Source: an uncultured Thermoplasmata archaeon (GTDB lineage: Archaea; Thermoplasmatota; Thermoplasmata; Lutacidiplasmatales; UBA184). From it: DNA of 64,000 nt. The DNA is taken from NCBI GenBank assembly GCA_963749205.1, contig CAVVLW010000006.1, positions 129,176 through 193,175 on the forward strand, written 5' to 3'. Positions 21,015 through 31,898 of this stretch are shown one piece after another. Position 1 is the stretch's first letter; each line of letters begins with the position of its first letter. The position numbers and the translations under genes are program-made. Below the pieces are notes generated by a model. That model saw nothing but the letters and a program-made list of their open reading frames with translations. It was not told the DNA's origin and ran no database searches.

Positions 21015-22100
21015 TCAGCCCGGGGTTGCCGGCTCGAGGACCGAGCGGGCGGCGGCCTTGAAGTACTGCTGGAGCACGCCCGCGCCGATCACGAGCCCGA
21101 AGCCGCCTACGAGGAGGCCGATGAGAAGGGGCAGCTGGCTCGACCCGGTCACTCCTTGCAGGTACCGCACCAGGAAGAGGATCCCGAAGCTCACGAGCCC
21201 GATCCCGACGATCGAGGTCGTGGCGACCGCGAACGAGCGCGGGAATCGTCCCCGGGAGAGCGTGCGGCGGATCGCGCGACCGCACTCCCAGACGACCGCT
21301 CCGATGAGCCACCAGAGGAGGGCCGCTTGGAGGAAGTAGAGGAACCGGTCGATCGGGGGGCCGTTGCTCCCGGTGTAGTTGTTGTAACCGGAGAGGAAAC
21401 CGACTCCGACCAGCGCGATCGCGAACAGTCCGAAGCCGAACGCGACCGAGCCCTGACGGATGTCGGTCGAGGCACTGCGCACGGAGTCGATGATCGACTC
21501 GTCGATGTCGAACGTCCAGAAGATGAGGTAGACCCCGAGCACAATCGCGAGGCCAATGACCCCCCACTGGAGGACCCCCTCTGCCTGGGCCACGCCGAGG
21601 ATCAGCAGGACGAGGGCCAGCGGGAGGACCGTCTTCGCTCGTAGTTTCGGGTCCTTCAGCGCGCGGACGATCGTGTAGTAGGTCGACTCGATGCTCGCGT
21701 TCTGCCGGACGTAGACCCGGCGGTACGCCGTCGACCTTGACGCGGGAGGCGAGGATCGGGAAGAGATACTCGTCCTCCGCTCCGTCGCTGACCAGGTACG
21801 CCGACTTCGCTCCCACGCGGCCAAGGACGTCGTCGAACTGATCCGCGACCCGGCGGTCGCTCATCACGCCGACCTTCCCGGAACCGGTGAGGACGCAGAC
21901 CTCGCACTCCTCGCCCGCCCCCCGCAGCTCGTCCAGGAGGTTGACCGCGGCGAACAGTGCGTTCGTGTCGGAATCCTCCGGGTCAACGGTGCCGAGACGG
22001 ACGGCCGCGTCCAGCACGCTGGCACGACCGACGACCGGCTGGCCACGGAGGCCTTCCGGCCGAGGTCGTCGTCGCGGTCGATGCAGACGACGAGGCGCAT
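21015..22100 (-). CDS. DUF373-family archaeal membrane protein; reading frame interrupted
   Basis: MRLVVCIDRDDDLGRKA starts at 22100. GTVDPEDSDTNALFAAVNLLDEL...LVSDGAEDE is in the 20851..22017 frame. The polytopic C-terminal half is in the 21015..21824 frame. The frame changes are near 22040 and 21735. Confidence 0.6.
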
Positions 22101-22232
22101 GGCCCGCGATGTATGTCCCGCCGAGACCATAATGGCTAGGGTGCTCTGGCGGCCTTCGGGGTGGGCCGCCGCCAAGCGCGGGGTCCTCGCCGCACAGGCT
22201 ATTACGTACCGGTCTCCCCTTCGGGCGGACCG

Positions 22233-23662
22233 ATGGCCGAGCTCCCCGACAAGCGCGCGGCGTTCATGGACTGGTACCTCGCCGTCGTGGACGGAGCGAA
22301 CCTCACCGACAAACGCTACCCCGTGAAGGGGATGAATGTCTGGACGGCGTACGGTTTCCGGGCGCGTCGGAACCTCGACGCCGTCCTGACCCGGGAGATC
22401 GAGGCGACCGGGTCCGAGGCGGTCGAGTTCCCGACCCTGATCCCCGCGACCGAGTTCGCGAAGGAGAAGGAGCACATCAAGGGGTTCGACGCCCAGGTTT
22501 ACTGGGTCACGAAGGGGGGCCTCTCGGAGCTCGACGTCCCCCTCGTGCTCCGCCCGACGAGCGAGACCGCGATGTACCCGATCTTCGCCCTCTGGGTCCG
22601 GTCCCACCGCGACCTGCCCCTCAACGTCTACCAGGTCGTGAACACGTTCCGCTACGAGACGAAGACGACCCGGCCGTTCCTCCGGGTCCGGGAGATCCAC
22701 TTCTTCGAGGAGCACACCTGCCAGGCGAACGAAGCGCACGCGACCGCGCGGGTCGAGTCCAACCTCGCTGCTTTCCGGAAGATGGCGGACGCGTTCGCCC
22801 TCCCGTACCTCCCGATCCGGCGACCCGAGTGGGACAAGTTTCCCGGCGCGTTCTACAGCATCGCCCTCGACATTCCGGTCGGTGAGGCGCGGACCCTCCA
22901 GATCGGCAGCATCCATCATTACCGGGAGAACTTCTCCCGGCCGTACGGTATCCGGTACGAGGCGGCCGACGGGAGCCAACCGTACGTCCACCAGACGACG
23001 TTCGGTCTTTCGGAGCGTCTCCTCGGCGCGATCCTCGCCGTGCACGGGGACCAGAAGGGAGCGGTGTTCCCGAGCGCGATCGCCCCGTACCAGGTCGTCG
23101 TGATCCCGATCCCCGGGACCGGGGCGGGGGAAGGTCCCCTCCGGACCGCGACGGAGATCGTCGACCGGCTTCGGCTCCACGGGGTCCGCGTCCGCCTGGA
23201 TGGAGGCGACGAGCGCCCGGGAGCGAAGGACCTACCCGGTGGGAGCTCGCCGGGGCCCCGCTTCGTCTCGAGGTCGGTCGGCGCGAGGCGGAGTCGCGGA
23301 GCGCGACCGCGGTCGACCGGCTCGGCCGGAAGAGCCACGTTACCCTCGACCGTCTCGAGCACGAGGTCGCAGAGCACCTGGCCGAGTTCGACCGGGCCCT
23401 CTTCGAGCGCGCCCGGGCGGCGTTCATCTCGTCGTTCTCCGTCGCGGCGTCGATCGAGGAGCTCGCCGGTTCGACGACCGTCCGGGTGGTCTCCTGGTGC
23501 GGTTCGGAGGAGTGCGGCCATCGGATCGAGACCGCAATCGATGGCGCCCTGCTCGGAACGCCCGAGGGGGCCCTGCCGATCTCCGTGGGGGAACCCGGCC
23601 CGTGCGTGGCGTGCGGCGCGCGAGCGAACGTTCGCTGGGCGCTCGCGGGCCGACCGCTGTAG
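22233..23662 (+). CDS. proS: Proline--tRNA ligase (archaeal type); one frame change
   Basis: ATG 22233. Class II motifs LRPTSET and FRYETKTTRPFLRVREIHF. After about 23232 the C-terminus continues in another frame (WELAGAPLRLEVGRRE...VVSWCGSEECGHRIE...CVACG), with the stop at 23660-23662. Confidence 0.85.
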
Positions 23663-23678
23663 TTGCGGGGTCGCGCCC

Positions 23679-23936
23679 TTACGAGGGAGGCGACGCCGGG
23701 AGGGGTGGGTTGGGCAGCACGAGCCACATCCCCGCGAGGCCGAACAATAAGAGGGTGATGACGACGGCGTACACGCCGTTGTCGATCCAGACCCCGAACG
23801 AGACGCCCCACCACACGTAGAACGCGACCGCGAGCACCACGAGCGAGGCGAACCCCCAGAAGGAGAGGCGGCGGGTCAGCGACATCTGACGGAACCGCAC
23901 GGGCTCGGGGAGCGCGGGGACGTTCTCCTCGGCCAT
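23679..23936 (-). CDS. Hypothetical small membrane protein
   Basis: 85-aa ORF with two hydrophobic helices (FWGFASLVVLAVAFYVWW, VYAVVITLLLFGLAGMWLV). Confidence 0.4.
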   Translation of the reverse strand: MAEENVPALPEPVRFRQMSLTRRLSFWGFASLVVLAVAFYVWWGVSFGVWIDNGVYAVVITLLLFGLAGMWLVLPNPPLPASPPS

Positions 23937-24060
23937 GGACGGTCGTCGAGCCGGAACTCGTTACATAACACTTGCGGGGATTGGCCGCTCTCCCGCGCCG
24001 GGAGACGGTCCGGCGCACGAGCCACAGTATTAACCGATATCCCGGACTAGAACCGTTCCG

Positions 24061-25641
24061 ATGCCCGATGCGCCCTCCGGGGATACCGACCCCCTCGTCG
24101 AGGGTTCCCGGTTCGAGCAGCTCACCCCCGAACAGCATCGGATCCTCGCCTACGCGAGTTCGATCGGTTCGGAGTTTGAATTCCCGCTCCTGGTCGCCGC
24201 GATGGGGGTCGAGGAGGAGCGGCTCGCCGAACAGCTCGAACGACTCGTGCACCTGGGGATCCTCCGCGAGCGCGTGGGCGGGGACCGGTTCACGTTCATC
24301 GAGGAGGAGTTTCGGGCCCGGATCTACCGCTCGCTCACGGAGAGCCGACTGCGCGTTCTCCACCGGAAGATCGCGGAAGCGATGGAGCGGATGCATCCGA
24401 CCCCCTCGGCGGCGGTCGTCGCCGAGCTCGGCCGGAACTACTTCCTCGGGAAGGTCCCCGAAAAGTCGCGCCTCTACAACCGGCTCGCGTCCGAGAACGC
24501 GCGGAGCGCCGACGACCCGGAGTCGGCGACGCACTACCTCGAACGGGTCCGGGTCGACCTCGAGTCGTCCACGGGAGACCACCGCCACGACGTCGCCGAG
24601 GTCGACGAGGCGCTCGGGGAGCTCTACTACTCGACCGGGAACTTCGCGGCGGCCGACCGGTACTTCACCGAGGCGCTCGAACGCCTTGGCAGCGACGAGC
24701 CGCGGATCCGAGCGCGCCTCCTCCTCGCCCGGGCCGAGGTCGCCCGCGAGAACCTCAACATCGAGACCGCGACCCAGCAGGCGCTCGAGGCGCAGCAGCT
24801 GTTCGAGGCGGCCGACGACCGGCTCGGCCGGGCCCAGACCTATCGGCTCCTGGGGCGGGTCGCGTTCCATCGGGGCGCCTATCGCGAGGCGCTGGACGAG
24901 AGCATGCGTTCCCTGGACGCGCTCGGGGACCTCCGGGACCCCCGACTGATCGGAGAGCTATCGATCGATATCGGCAACTCCTTCGCCCTGCTCGGACCCG
25001 AGGTGAGCGCGGAGGCCGTGACGTGGTACGAACGAGCGATCGACCGGCTCACACAGGCGGGCGACTGGGTGGAACTGTCCCGGGCCTACCACAACCTCGG
25101 GGTCTCGGTCGGGGAGCACCGTCCGGAGGACGGGCTAGAGCAGCTCGACCGCGCACGGGAGATGGGCGACCGCGCCCACGACCCGCGCTCGGTCGGGCGA
25201 GCGCTCCTCTCGGGGGTCGAGCTCCGGCTCTCGCTCGGCCAGCTCGAGGAAGCGACCCGCGACAACGAGCAGGCCGGCCGCCTGCTCGAGCGGCTCTCCG
25301 ACGACCTCGGGCTCGAACAGGTCGAGATGAACCGTGGTCTCATCGCGGAGAAGCAGGGCCAGTGGGACGACGCGGAACGCGCGTTCGAGAAGGCGATCAC
25401 CATGACCCGCCGGTTCCGTCTCCGGGCGGACGAGGCGGAGGTCTACTTCTACCTCGCCCGGCTCCGATTCAAGACCCGTAACTTGGAGGGCGCGCGCCAC
25501 GCGCTCCACGCGGCGACGAACCTCGGGGTGACCGAACTGAAGCCGACCCTCGCCCCGATGGTCGCGGACCTCCGCCGGCAGCTCGACGAGGCGGGGGACC
25601 GACGACCGCCCGCCGACCCGACGGCGGGCCCGGCCTCCTGA
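24061..25641 (+). CDS. TPR-repeat regulatory protein, ATPase-less paralog of the downstream STAND protein
   Basis: Intact 526-aa ORF. The N-terminal region (LTPEQHRILAYASSIGSEFEF...RLRVLHRKIAEAME) parallels 26395-frame residues of the next gene. Multiple TPR-like helical pairs follow. Confidence 0.6.
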   Translation: MPDAPSGDTDPLVEGSRFEQLTPEQHRILAYASSIGSEFEFPLLVAAMGVEEERLAEQLERLVHLGILRERVGGDRFTFIEEEFRARIYRSLTESRLRVLHRKIAEAMERMHPTPSAAVVAELGRNYFLGKVPEKSRLYNRLASENARSADDPESATHYLERVRVDLESSTGDHRHDVAEVDEALGELYYSTGNFAAADRYFTEALERLGSDEPRIRARLLLARAEVARENLNIETATQQALEAQQLFEAADDRLGRAQTYRLLGRVAFHRGAYREALDESMRSLDALGDLRDPRLIGELSIDIGNSFALLGPEVSAEAVTWYERAIDRLTQAGDWVELSRAYHNLGVSVGEHRPEDGLEQLDRAREMGDRAHDPRSVGRALLSGVELRLSLGQLEEATRDNEQAGRLLERLSDDLGLEQVEMNRGLIAEKQGQWDDAERAFEKAITMTRRFRLRADEAEVYFYLARLRFKTRNLEGARHALHAATNLGVTELKPTLAPMVADLRRQLDEAGDRRPPADPTAGPAS

Positions 25642-25652
25642 AAGGGCGCGCG

Positions 25653-28110
25653 TTGGATTATCTACCCGAGGAATCGTCCGACGCGCCCATGCTCGAGACC
25701 GAGACGTCGAAGGCGTCCGCGGTCCCGCCGATCTTCGGTCGCGCCGAGGCCGTGACCGAGGTCGACCGGACCCTCGAGCGGACGCGCACCGGGTCGGGGG
25801 AAGGACTCCTGCTCTCGGGCGAGGACGGCTCGGGAAAGAGCCTGTTCTTCCGGACGACGATCCAGCGGGCGCGCCACCGCGGCTTCCGGGTGCTTGACGG
25901 CCGGGCGCTGCCCGAGGAGATCCCCCAACCGTTCTCCCTGGTCCGGGACCTCGTCCGGTCGGGGGACTGGCGCCCTCGCCCCGACCGGGCCGAGCCGGAG
26001 CCGGAGGGGCCGTCCCGCTCTTCCTCGCTCCGTTCCTCGGCGACGAGGGGTCGGGTGGGGCCCGACACGCCGACCAGAGCGAGCCCCCGCCCGATTCCGA
26101 GGGTCTCGCCTCCATGCTCGCCCCGCTCGGCAGCCCGGGGGAGCTGATGGAGACGAGCCGGGAGGAACTGTTCGCGAACCTGGCTCAGTACCTCACTGAC
26201 CTCGCGCGGGAGAAGCCCCTCTTGCTCGCGATCGACGACCTGCACTTCGCCGACGCCCGGTCGATCGAGTTCCTCGGACGGCTGGCACCGGAGCTGGGTC
26301 ACCACCCGGTCGCGATCATCGCTACGGTGGCGACCGGGAGCCGAGTCCCCGGCGGATCCGGGAGGCGATCGAGTCGTTCGCCCGTTCAAGCACCGTGCGA
26401 ACGGTTCCGCTGCGCCCGCTCTCCGCCGCCGAGGTCGCGGAGTTCGCGCAGTGGGTACGACGGGGCCTCCCGCCCGACCCCGCGGACGTGCTCCGGTGGC
26501 ACGCCCAGACCGAGGGCAACCCGCTCTTCGTCGAGCAGCTCGTACGCTCCACGACCGGCGTCGGGGTCCGCCCGGCGCCGGTCGCGCTGGGCGGCACCGT
26601 CGACCTGAACGAAATCCTTCTCGGCCACGTGCGCCAGCTGGGGGAGGCCGAGCACCGAACCCTCACATACGCGGCGTTGCTGGGCAAGGAGTTCGCGTTC
26701 TCGAACCTCGTCGCGATCTCGGAGATGGACGAGGAACGGGTGACCGAGAGCCTCGACCGGCTGGTCGCGGGAGGCCTCCTCCGCGAGAAGGGGAACGAGG
26801 TCTGCGAATTCGTCACCGAAGGGGTCCGCGCGGGGGTGTACGCCGAGCTGACCGAGACCCGGCGACGTATCCTCCACCGCCGTGTCGGACGGTCGCTCGA
26901 GGAGCGGGGGCTCGCGAGCGAGTTCGAGCTCGCGCGTCAGTTCTACCTGGGCCGGGACGATGCGAAGGCCGCCGAGTACAACCTCCGAGCTGCCGTGATC
27001 GCGATGCGCTCGTTCGCGTTCGAGACCGCCGTCCCGCATCTCGAGCGGGCGCTCGAGGCCGAGCGGCGACGCCCGGACCGCAGCCCTGCGCGGGAGATCC
27101 ACGTCATGATCGACCTGGGCCGAGCGTTCGACGAGCTCGGCGACCTGCGGCATTCGGAGGTCGCACTCTCCGACGCCGTCCTGCTCGCCCGCACCCGTCC
27201 CGAGCTCGACCCCGAGCTCGGTCGGGCGCTCTTAGCGCTCGCCCAGACCCGGGCAGGACCAGAGCGAGTACCCGTCGGCCGAGGCCCTGGCCCAGGAGGC
27301 GTACGGGCGACTCGAACGCGTCGGCACTCCCCGGGAGGTCATGACCGCCCACCGGGTGCTCGGCGTCGTCTGCTGGCGGCTCGGCCGCCTTCCCGACGCC
27401 GAGCGGCATCTCCGTCTCGCGCTCGAGATTGCCGAGCACGAGGGGACCCCCGTCGAGCATGGCCATGCGCTCGTGGACGTCGCGAACACGATGCTGCTCC
27501 GCGACCAGGCGCAGTTCCGCCAAGCCCTCGAGCTCTACGAGAAGGCGGCGGAGCTGTTTGGTTCCGGACAGGACCTGTCCGCGCGCGCTCGCGTGCTGAT
27601 GAACCGCGCGGTGCTGCTCAACTCGTCGGCCGGCCCGACGACGCCATCCGGGGCATCGAGCAGGCGATCGAGGCGGCCGAGCGGTCCCGGTCCCCTATCT
27701 GGATGGGGTACTGTTACCTCAACCTCGCGCAGATGCAGGCGGAGCTCGGACACGCCGAACCGGCGCGGCCCGCGCTCGAACGGGCCGCCACCCTGCTCCT
27801 CCCCCTCGGCGACCGGCTCGCCCCGGAACAGATCGCGCTCGCGCGCGGGCTCCTCGCGGAGGCCGAGAAGGACTACGACGGAGCGGAAACGCACTTTGCC
27901 GATGCGCTGCATCAGGCCCACGAACTGAACTCCGAGCCCGAGGTCTGCGAGCTCCTCTTCCGCCTCGCCCACGTGGCGTACTCGCGCGGCGACCTCCCCT
28001 CGGCCCGCGCGAAGCTCGCGGCCGCGCGGGAGGCCGGCCTGGACGCCAGCCGGAGCGACCTCGCCGCACGGGTCGCCGCGCTCGATGCAGCCCTGGCGCC
28101 CCCCGAGTAA
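25653..28110 (+). CDS. STAND/AAA-type NTPase with winged-helix and TPR array; reading frame interrupted several times
   Basis: The Walker A-like LLLSGEDGSGKSLF is in the 25653 frame. The Walker B-like PLLLAIDDLHFAD is in the 26114 frame. The body (NPLFVEQL, RRRILHRRVG) is in the 26395 frame. One TPR stretch (27341 frame) shifts out and then returns to the 26395 frame. There are at least four frame changes, and the TTG start is uncertain. Confidence 0.6.
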
Positions 28111-28148
28111 CCCTTACCGTTAAGGCGACCGCATCGGTCGCGACGGCG

Positions 28149-28969
28149 ATGACAGGGGTCCCCGGCTCCGAGCCACCCGTCCGGGACGGTTCCCCGTTCC
28201 CGGACCGCCGCGACCCCGAGTTCGAGCGGGACGTGCGCCGGATGTTCACGCATATCGCCGAGCGCTATGAGTGGTTCGACCACGTCGCGTCGATGGGGAA
28301 CGACCTCCTCTGGCGGCCCCGGGCGCTCTGGGACCTCGACCGGTTTCGCGCCCCGGGGACGGTCCAGCGGATCCTCGACCTGGGTTGCGGCACTGGGGAA
28401 CTGACCCGGCTCGCGGCGCACCGCTTCCCCACGGCCCGGGTGGTCGGGGTCGACTTCACGGGCGCGATGCTCGCCGTCGCGCGGCGTCGCACGCACTCCT
28501 CCGGCGAGGCCGGTCGGATTCGTACGGCCGGGCGACCGCGATGCGCCTTCCGTTCTCCGACGGTGCGTTCGACCTGGCGACCAACGCGTTCCTCGCGCGG
28601 AACCTGGTCGACCTGGACGCGGCCCTCGTCGAGATGCGACGGGTCCTGCGGCCGGGCGGCGTTCTGCTCGTCCTCGAGATCACCGAACCCGTTTCTTCCG
28701 CGTTCGGGTCCCTCTTCCACGCCTACTTCGACCACGTGGTCCCCTGGCTCGGCACCGCGGTCGATAGCGCGGGGCCGTACCGGTACCTTCCCGAATCGTT
28801 GCGGCGCCTCCCGCCGCGACCGGCGTTCCTGGAGGCGCTGCGTCGCGCGGGTTTCGGGCGCACCGAGGCGTGCACGCAGTCGATGGGGATCGTGACGACC
28901 TTCCTCGCGGAGGTGCCTCCCACCTCGGCCGACCGATCCGCCGTCGTCGGGCCAAAGCCGTTTAAGTGA
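28149..28969 (+). CDS. ubiE: Demethylmenaquinone/ubiquinone methyltransferase (UbiE/MenG family); one frame change
   Basis: FTHIAERYEWFDHVASMGNDLLWR and LDLGCGTGE are in the 28149 frame. LPFSDGAFDLATNAFLARNLVDLDAAL..LRPGGVLLVLE is in the 28271 frame. The frame change is near 28520. Confidence 0.75.
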
Positions 28970-30117
28970 CCGGCGCTCGCTGGGTCCCGGGGGGGAGGCG
29001 GACGCCGTTCGACGCATTCCGGTACGCCCACGCGCACCGGAACGAGGTGGCGTGGATGAGCCAGAACACGAACCATCTCGTTCCGCCCGAGGTCGTTCGC
29101 GGCGCGCTGGACGAAGCGATACGGGAACGTCGCTACGAGGGGTACCCGTACGGCCCGGGCGAGCCCGAGCTGCTCGACCTCGTCGTGCGAGACCTGGGGC
29201 TGAAGGGTCTGACCCCGTTCCTCACGGCCGGTGGCACAGAGTCGCTCTACATGATCGCCCGGGCCCTGCTCGCTCCGGGGGACGAGGTCGTCGCCTCCGA
29301 CCCGAGCTACCTCATCATCCACAAGTTCATCGAACTGTCCGGAGCGCGGACCCGCAACCTCGACATCTACGCTCCCCCGTATCGGTTGAGCGCGGAGCGG
29401 GTACAGGAGGCGGTCGGGTCGGCGACCCGGATGATCCTGCTCATCGACCCGCTCAACCCGCTCGGCTCGGGGTACCCCCGGGAGGAGGTCCGCGCGATCT
29501 CCGAGATCGCCCACGACCGTCATCTTCTCCTGCTCAACGACGTCACCTACCGCGACTTCGCGGACGCCCCGACGCTCGCGGCCGAGTTCGCCCCCGACTC
29601 GACCATCACCGTCTGGTCAGTGTCGAAGAACTGCGGTCTCGCCGGCCTTCGGATCGGCGGCTTCCTGGCGACCGCGGAGCTCGTCCGCAAGGTCGGTCGG
29701 TTCAACACGAACGACCTCGGGGTCAATATCCTCGCCCAGGTCGCGGCCCTCGCGGCGATGCGATCCAAGCCGACCTGGATCGGGGAGGTCCGACGCCAGA
29801 CCCGGGAGAACGGCGCGCGGATCCGGGCCGCGGTGGAGGGCGTCGCCGGGACCCATCTCCCGGTCTACCCGTCCCAGGCGAACATGATGGTGATCGACAT
29901 CGCCCAGTTGGGGCTCTCGCCCGACGCGGTGCAGCAGGAGCTGCTCGAGAAGTACGGGGTGTTCGTCCGCGCCGGCAACTATCTCTCCCCGTCGCACGGG
30001 CAGCGGTTCGTCCGCGTCTCGTTCTCGAACCCGCCCGCTGACATCGACCGGTTTGTGCGGGCCTTCCCCGAGGCGGTCCGAACGCTCGCGACCCGGGCGC
30101 CCGCTCCCTCCGCTTAG
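28966..30117 (+). CDS. Pyridoxal-phosphate-dependent aminotransferase, class I/II
   Basis: Intact 383-aa ORF. The GTG start overlaps the ubiE stop (GTGA). The PLP-lysine context is WSVSKNCGLAGLRIG, and LIDPLNPLG is present. Confidence 0.85.
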   Translation: MTGARWVPGGRRTPFDAFRYAHAHRNEVAWMSQNTNHLVPPEVVRGALDEAIRERRYEGYPYGPGEPELLDLVVRDLGLKGLTPFLTAGGTESLYMIARALLAPGDEVVASDPSYLIIHKFIELSGARTRNLDIYAPPYRLSAERVQEAVGSATRMILLIDPLNPLGSGYPREEVRAISEIAHDRHLLLLNDVTYRDFADAPTLAAEFAPDSTITVWSVSKNCGLAGLRIGGFLATAELVRKVGRFNTNDLGVNILAQVAALAAMRSKPTWIGEVRRQTRENGARIRAAVEGVAGTHLPVYPSQANMMVIDIAQLGLSPDAVQQELLEKYGVFVRAGNYLSPSHGQRFVRVSFSNPPADIDRFVRAFPEAVRTLATRAPAPSA

Positions 30118-30992
30118 GCTCCGGGCTTCAAGCGCACGTCCACGACCACGTGCGTGCGCCCGGGCCCGTACGGTTTTACCTCGCGCGCGTGCGGGGTCTC
30201 GAGGACGGCCGCCCCCGCGGCGGCGACCGCGGCTTCGACCCGGTGTCGCGCGTCGTTCCGTGCCTCCCGCGCGTCCGCGACCGTATGGACATGGAGCCAG
30301 CCGCCTTGTGAGCGCACGAGGTCGACCGCGCGGGCGACCCATGGCACCGCGTCCGGGAGATACCCGAGGAACACGCGGTCGGCGCGGTGCGGGTCGAGCG
30401 GGACGGTACGGTTCTCGCCCCAGAGGCAGTCGACCCGGTCGACGACCCCGTTCCACGCGACGTTCTCGAGGAGGTAGCGGTACGCCACCGGATTCTTCTC
30501 GACCGCCACCACGCGGGCCGCGTTCCCCGACACCGCCGCGGGGATCGCGAAGTAGCCGATCCCGGCGAACAGGTCGACGACCGTTTCCCCGGGGCGCGTG
30601 AGCGCGCCGGCGCGTCGGCGTTCGGTACGGTTCCCGGCCGCGAACATGACCCGCGCTGCGTCGAAGCGCCAGCGGACCCCGTGCTCCATGACCTCGGTCT
30701 CGGTGTCGGCCCCCGCGATCCGCTCGACGCGCGGACGACGCAATTCCCCCTCGACCGGACCGACCCGCGTCAGCACCGTCGCGACCCCCAGCTCCTCTTG
30801 CCAGGCGCGCCCGAGGAGCCGAAAGTACGGGCGGTAGCGCTCGGGCAACCGCACGAGGAGGACTCGTCCCATACGTTGGTACCCCGACGGCATCGCGTCC
30901 GCCGTCGGTCCACCGGCGACCGCACGCAGGCGGTCGCGGACGCGGTCCGCGGGCGACCGACGGGGACCTCGTAGAGGGCGTCCGTCGGCCAT
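30114..30992 (-). CDS. trm5: tRNA (guanine37-N1)-methyltransferase Trm5 / Met-10+ family
   Basis: 292 aa from ATG 30992 within ORF 30114..31844. Motifs FDAARVMFAAGN, VVDLFAGIGYFAIPAA and VVAVEKNP. The upstream part of the ORF is read-through over trmB. Confidence 0.75.
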   Translation of the reverse strand: MADGRPLRGPRRSPADRVRDRLRAVAGGPTADAMPSGYQRMGRVLLVRLPERYRPYFRLLGRAWQEELGVATVLTRVGPVEGELRRPRVERIAGADTETEVMEHGVRWRFDAARVMFAAGNRTERRRAGALTRPGETVVDLFAGIGYFAIPAAVSGNAARVVAVEKNPVAYRYLLENVAWNGVVDRVDCLWGENRTVPLDPHRADRVFLGYLPDAVPWVARAVDLVRSQGGWLHVHTVADAREARNDARHRVEAAVAAAGAAVLETPHAREVKPYGPGRTHVVVDVRLKPGA

Positions 30993-31006
30993 CGGCGCCG
31001 GGTCCG

Positions 31007-31762
31007 TCAGGGCGACGCGCGACCCGACCCGGCCTCGAGGATGACCTCGAGGAACTGCTTCAGGTGCGCGGTGAGGATCGGGTTGTCGGTGAAACCGCAC
31101 GCCTCGAGGCCGGGGGCCGCGAGGAGCGCGTGCGCACCGTCCGCGAGCACCTCGGTCGCGAGGAGGTTCTCCCGGGCCACGTACTCGACGCCCTCGGGGA
31201 CGCGTTGGAGCGGGGAGGTGACGAACGTCACGCGGACCCCGCGCTTCACCGCGTGCTGGATCTTCTTCGTGAGCTCGTCGCGCACCTCGGAGACCTGGGG
31301 CGTGGTCAGGATGAACGTCTGGGTCGATTGGTCGAGCAGTTCGCCGATCTTCGCGACGACCCGGTCGTGGCCCGACAGGAGGTAGACGAGCTGGGGTTCC
31401 CCGTGCTCGGCGACGACGCGGTGGAGGTGCGCGAGCTTCTCGAAGACCTCCTGGATCGCCTCCTTCAGTTGGTCCGCGACCTCGAGCGGGGCGGTCGGGC
31501 GAAAGAGGATCGGCTTGCCGCCGGTCGGTTGGGCGTACCCCTTCTCGGCGAGCGACTCGAGCACCTTGTACACGCTCGTGCGGGGGATCCCGGCGGCCGT
31601 CGCGAGGGTCGCCGCGTCTCCCACCCCGCGCGCGACCAGGGCGATGTACGCCCGGGCCTCGTACTGGGTGAGGCCGACCTTTCCGAGGACGGCGGCGGCC
31701 CGCCGGAACTCCTCCGACGTCTGGTTGCCGATCGCGACGGTCGCGTCCTCGATCGTCGACAT
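31007..31762 (-). CDS. TrmB-family transcriptional regulator
   Basis: Intact 251-aa ORF. The N-terminal wHTH is LTQYEARAYIALVARGVGDAATLATAAGIPRTSVYKVLESLAEKGY, followed by a TrmB-type C-terminal domain. Confidence 0.8.
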   Translation of the reverse strand: MSTIEDATVAIGNQTSEEFRRAAAVLGKVGLTQYEARAYIALVARGVGDAATLATAAGIPRTSVYKVLESLAEKGYAQPTGGKPILFRPTAPLEVADQLKEAIQEVFEKLAHLHRVVAEHGEPQLVYLLSGHDRVVAKIGELLDQSTQTFILTTPQVSEVRDELTKKIQHAVKRGVRVTFVTSPLQRVPEGVEYVARENLLATEVLADGAHALLAAPGLEACGFTDNPILTAHLKQFLEVILEAGSGRASP

Positions 31763-31898
31763 GCGCGTCGGGGGAGAGGACGGGAGGCGACCGTCTTAAC
31801 AGTGCCCCCGTGGCTGGTCCGAGGAGGGGCGGCGACAAAACCATTTACACCGCGAGGGCTCACCGAGCCGCCCACGTTTACGGCCCGGCGGCGTTGTC

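Noticed and set aside
22621-24870. 749-aa ORF on the minus strand.
   Set aside because: It is antisense to ProRS and the TPR gene. Its Arg/Pro/Gly/Ser-rich, low-complexity translation is typical of off-frame ORFs at about 70% G+C. No motif was recognised.
30993-31844. Upstream two thirds of the 576-aa ORF 30114..31844.
   Set aside because: It overlaps the well-supported TrmB regulator gene in a different frame. The Trm5 homology starts at ATG 30992.
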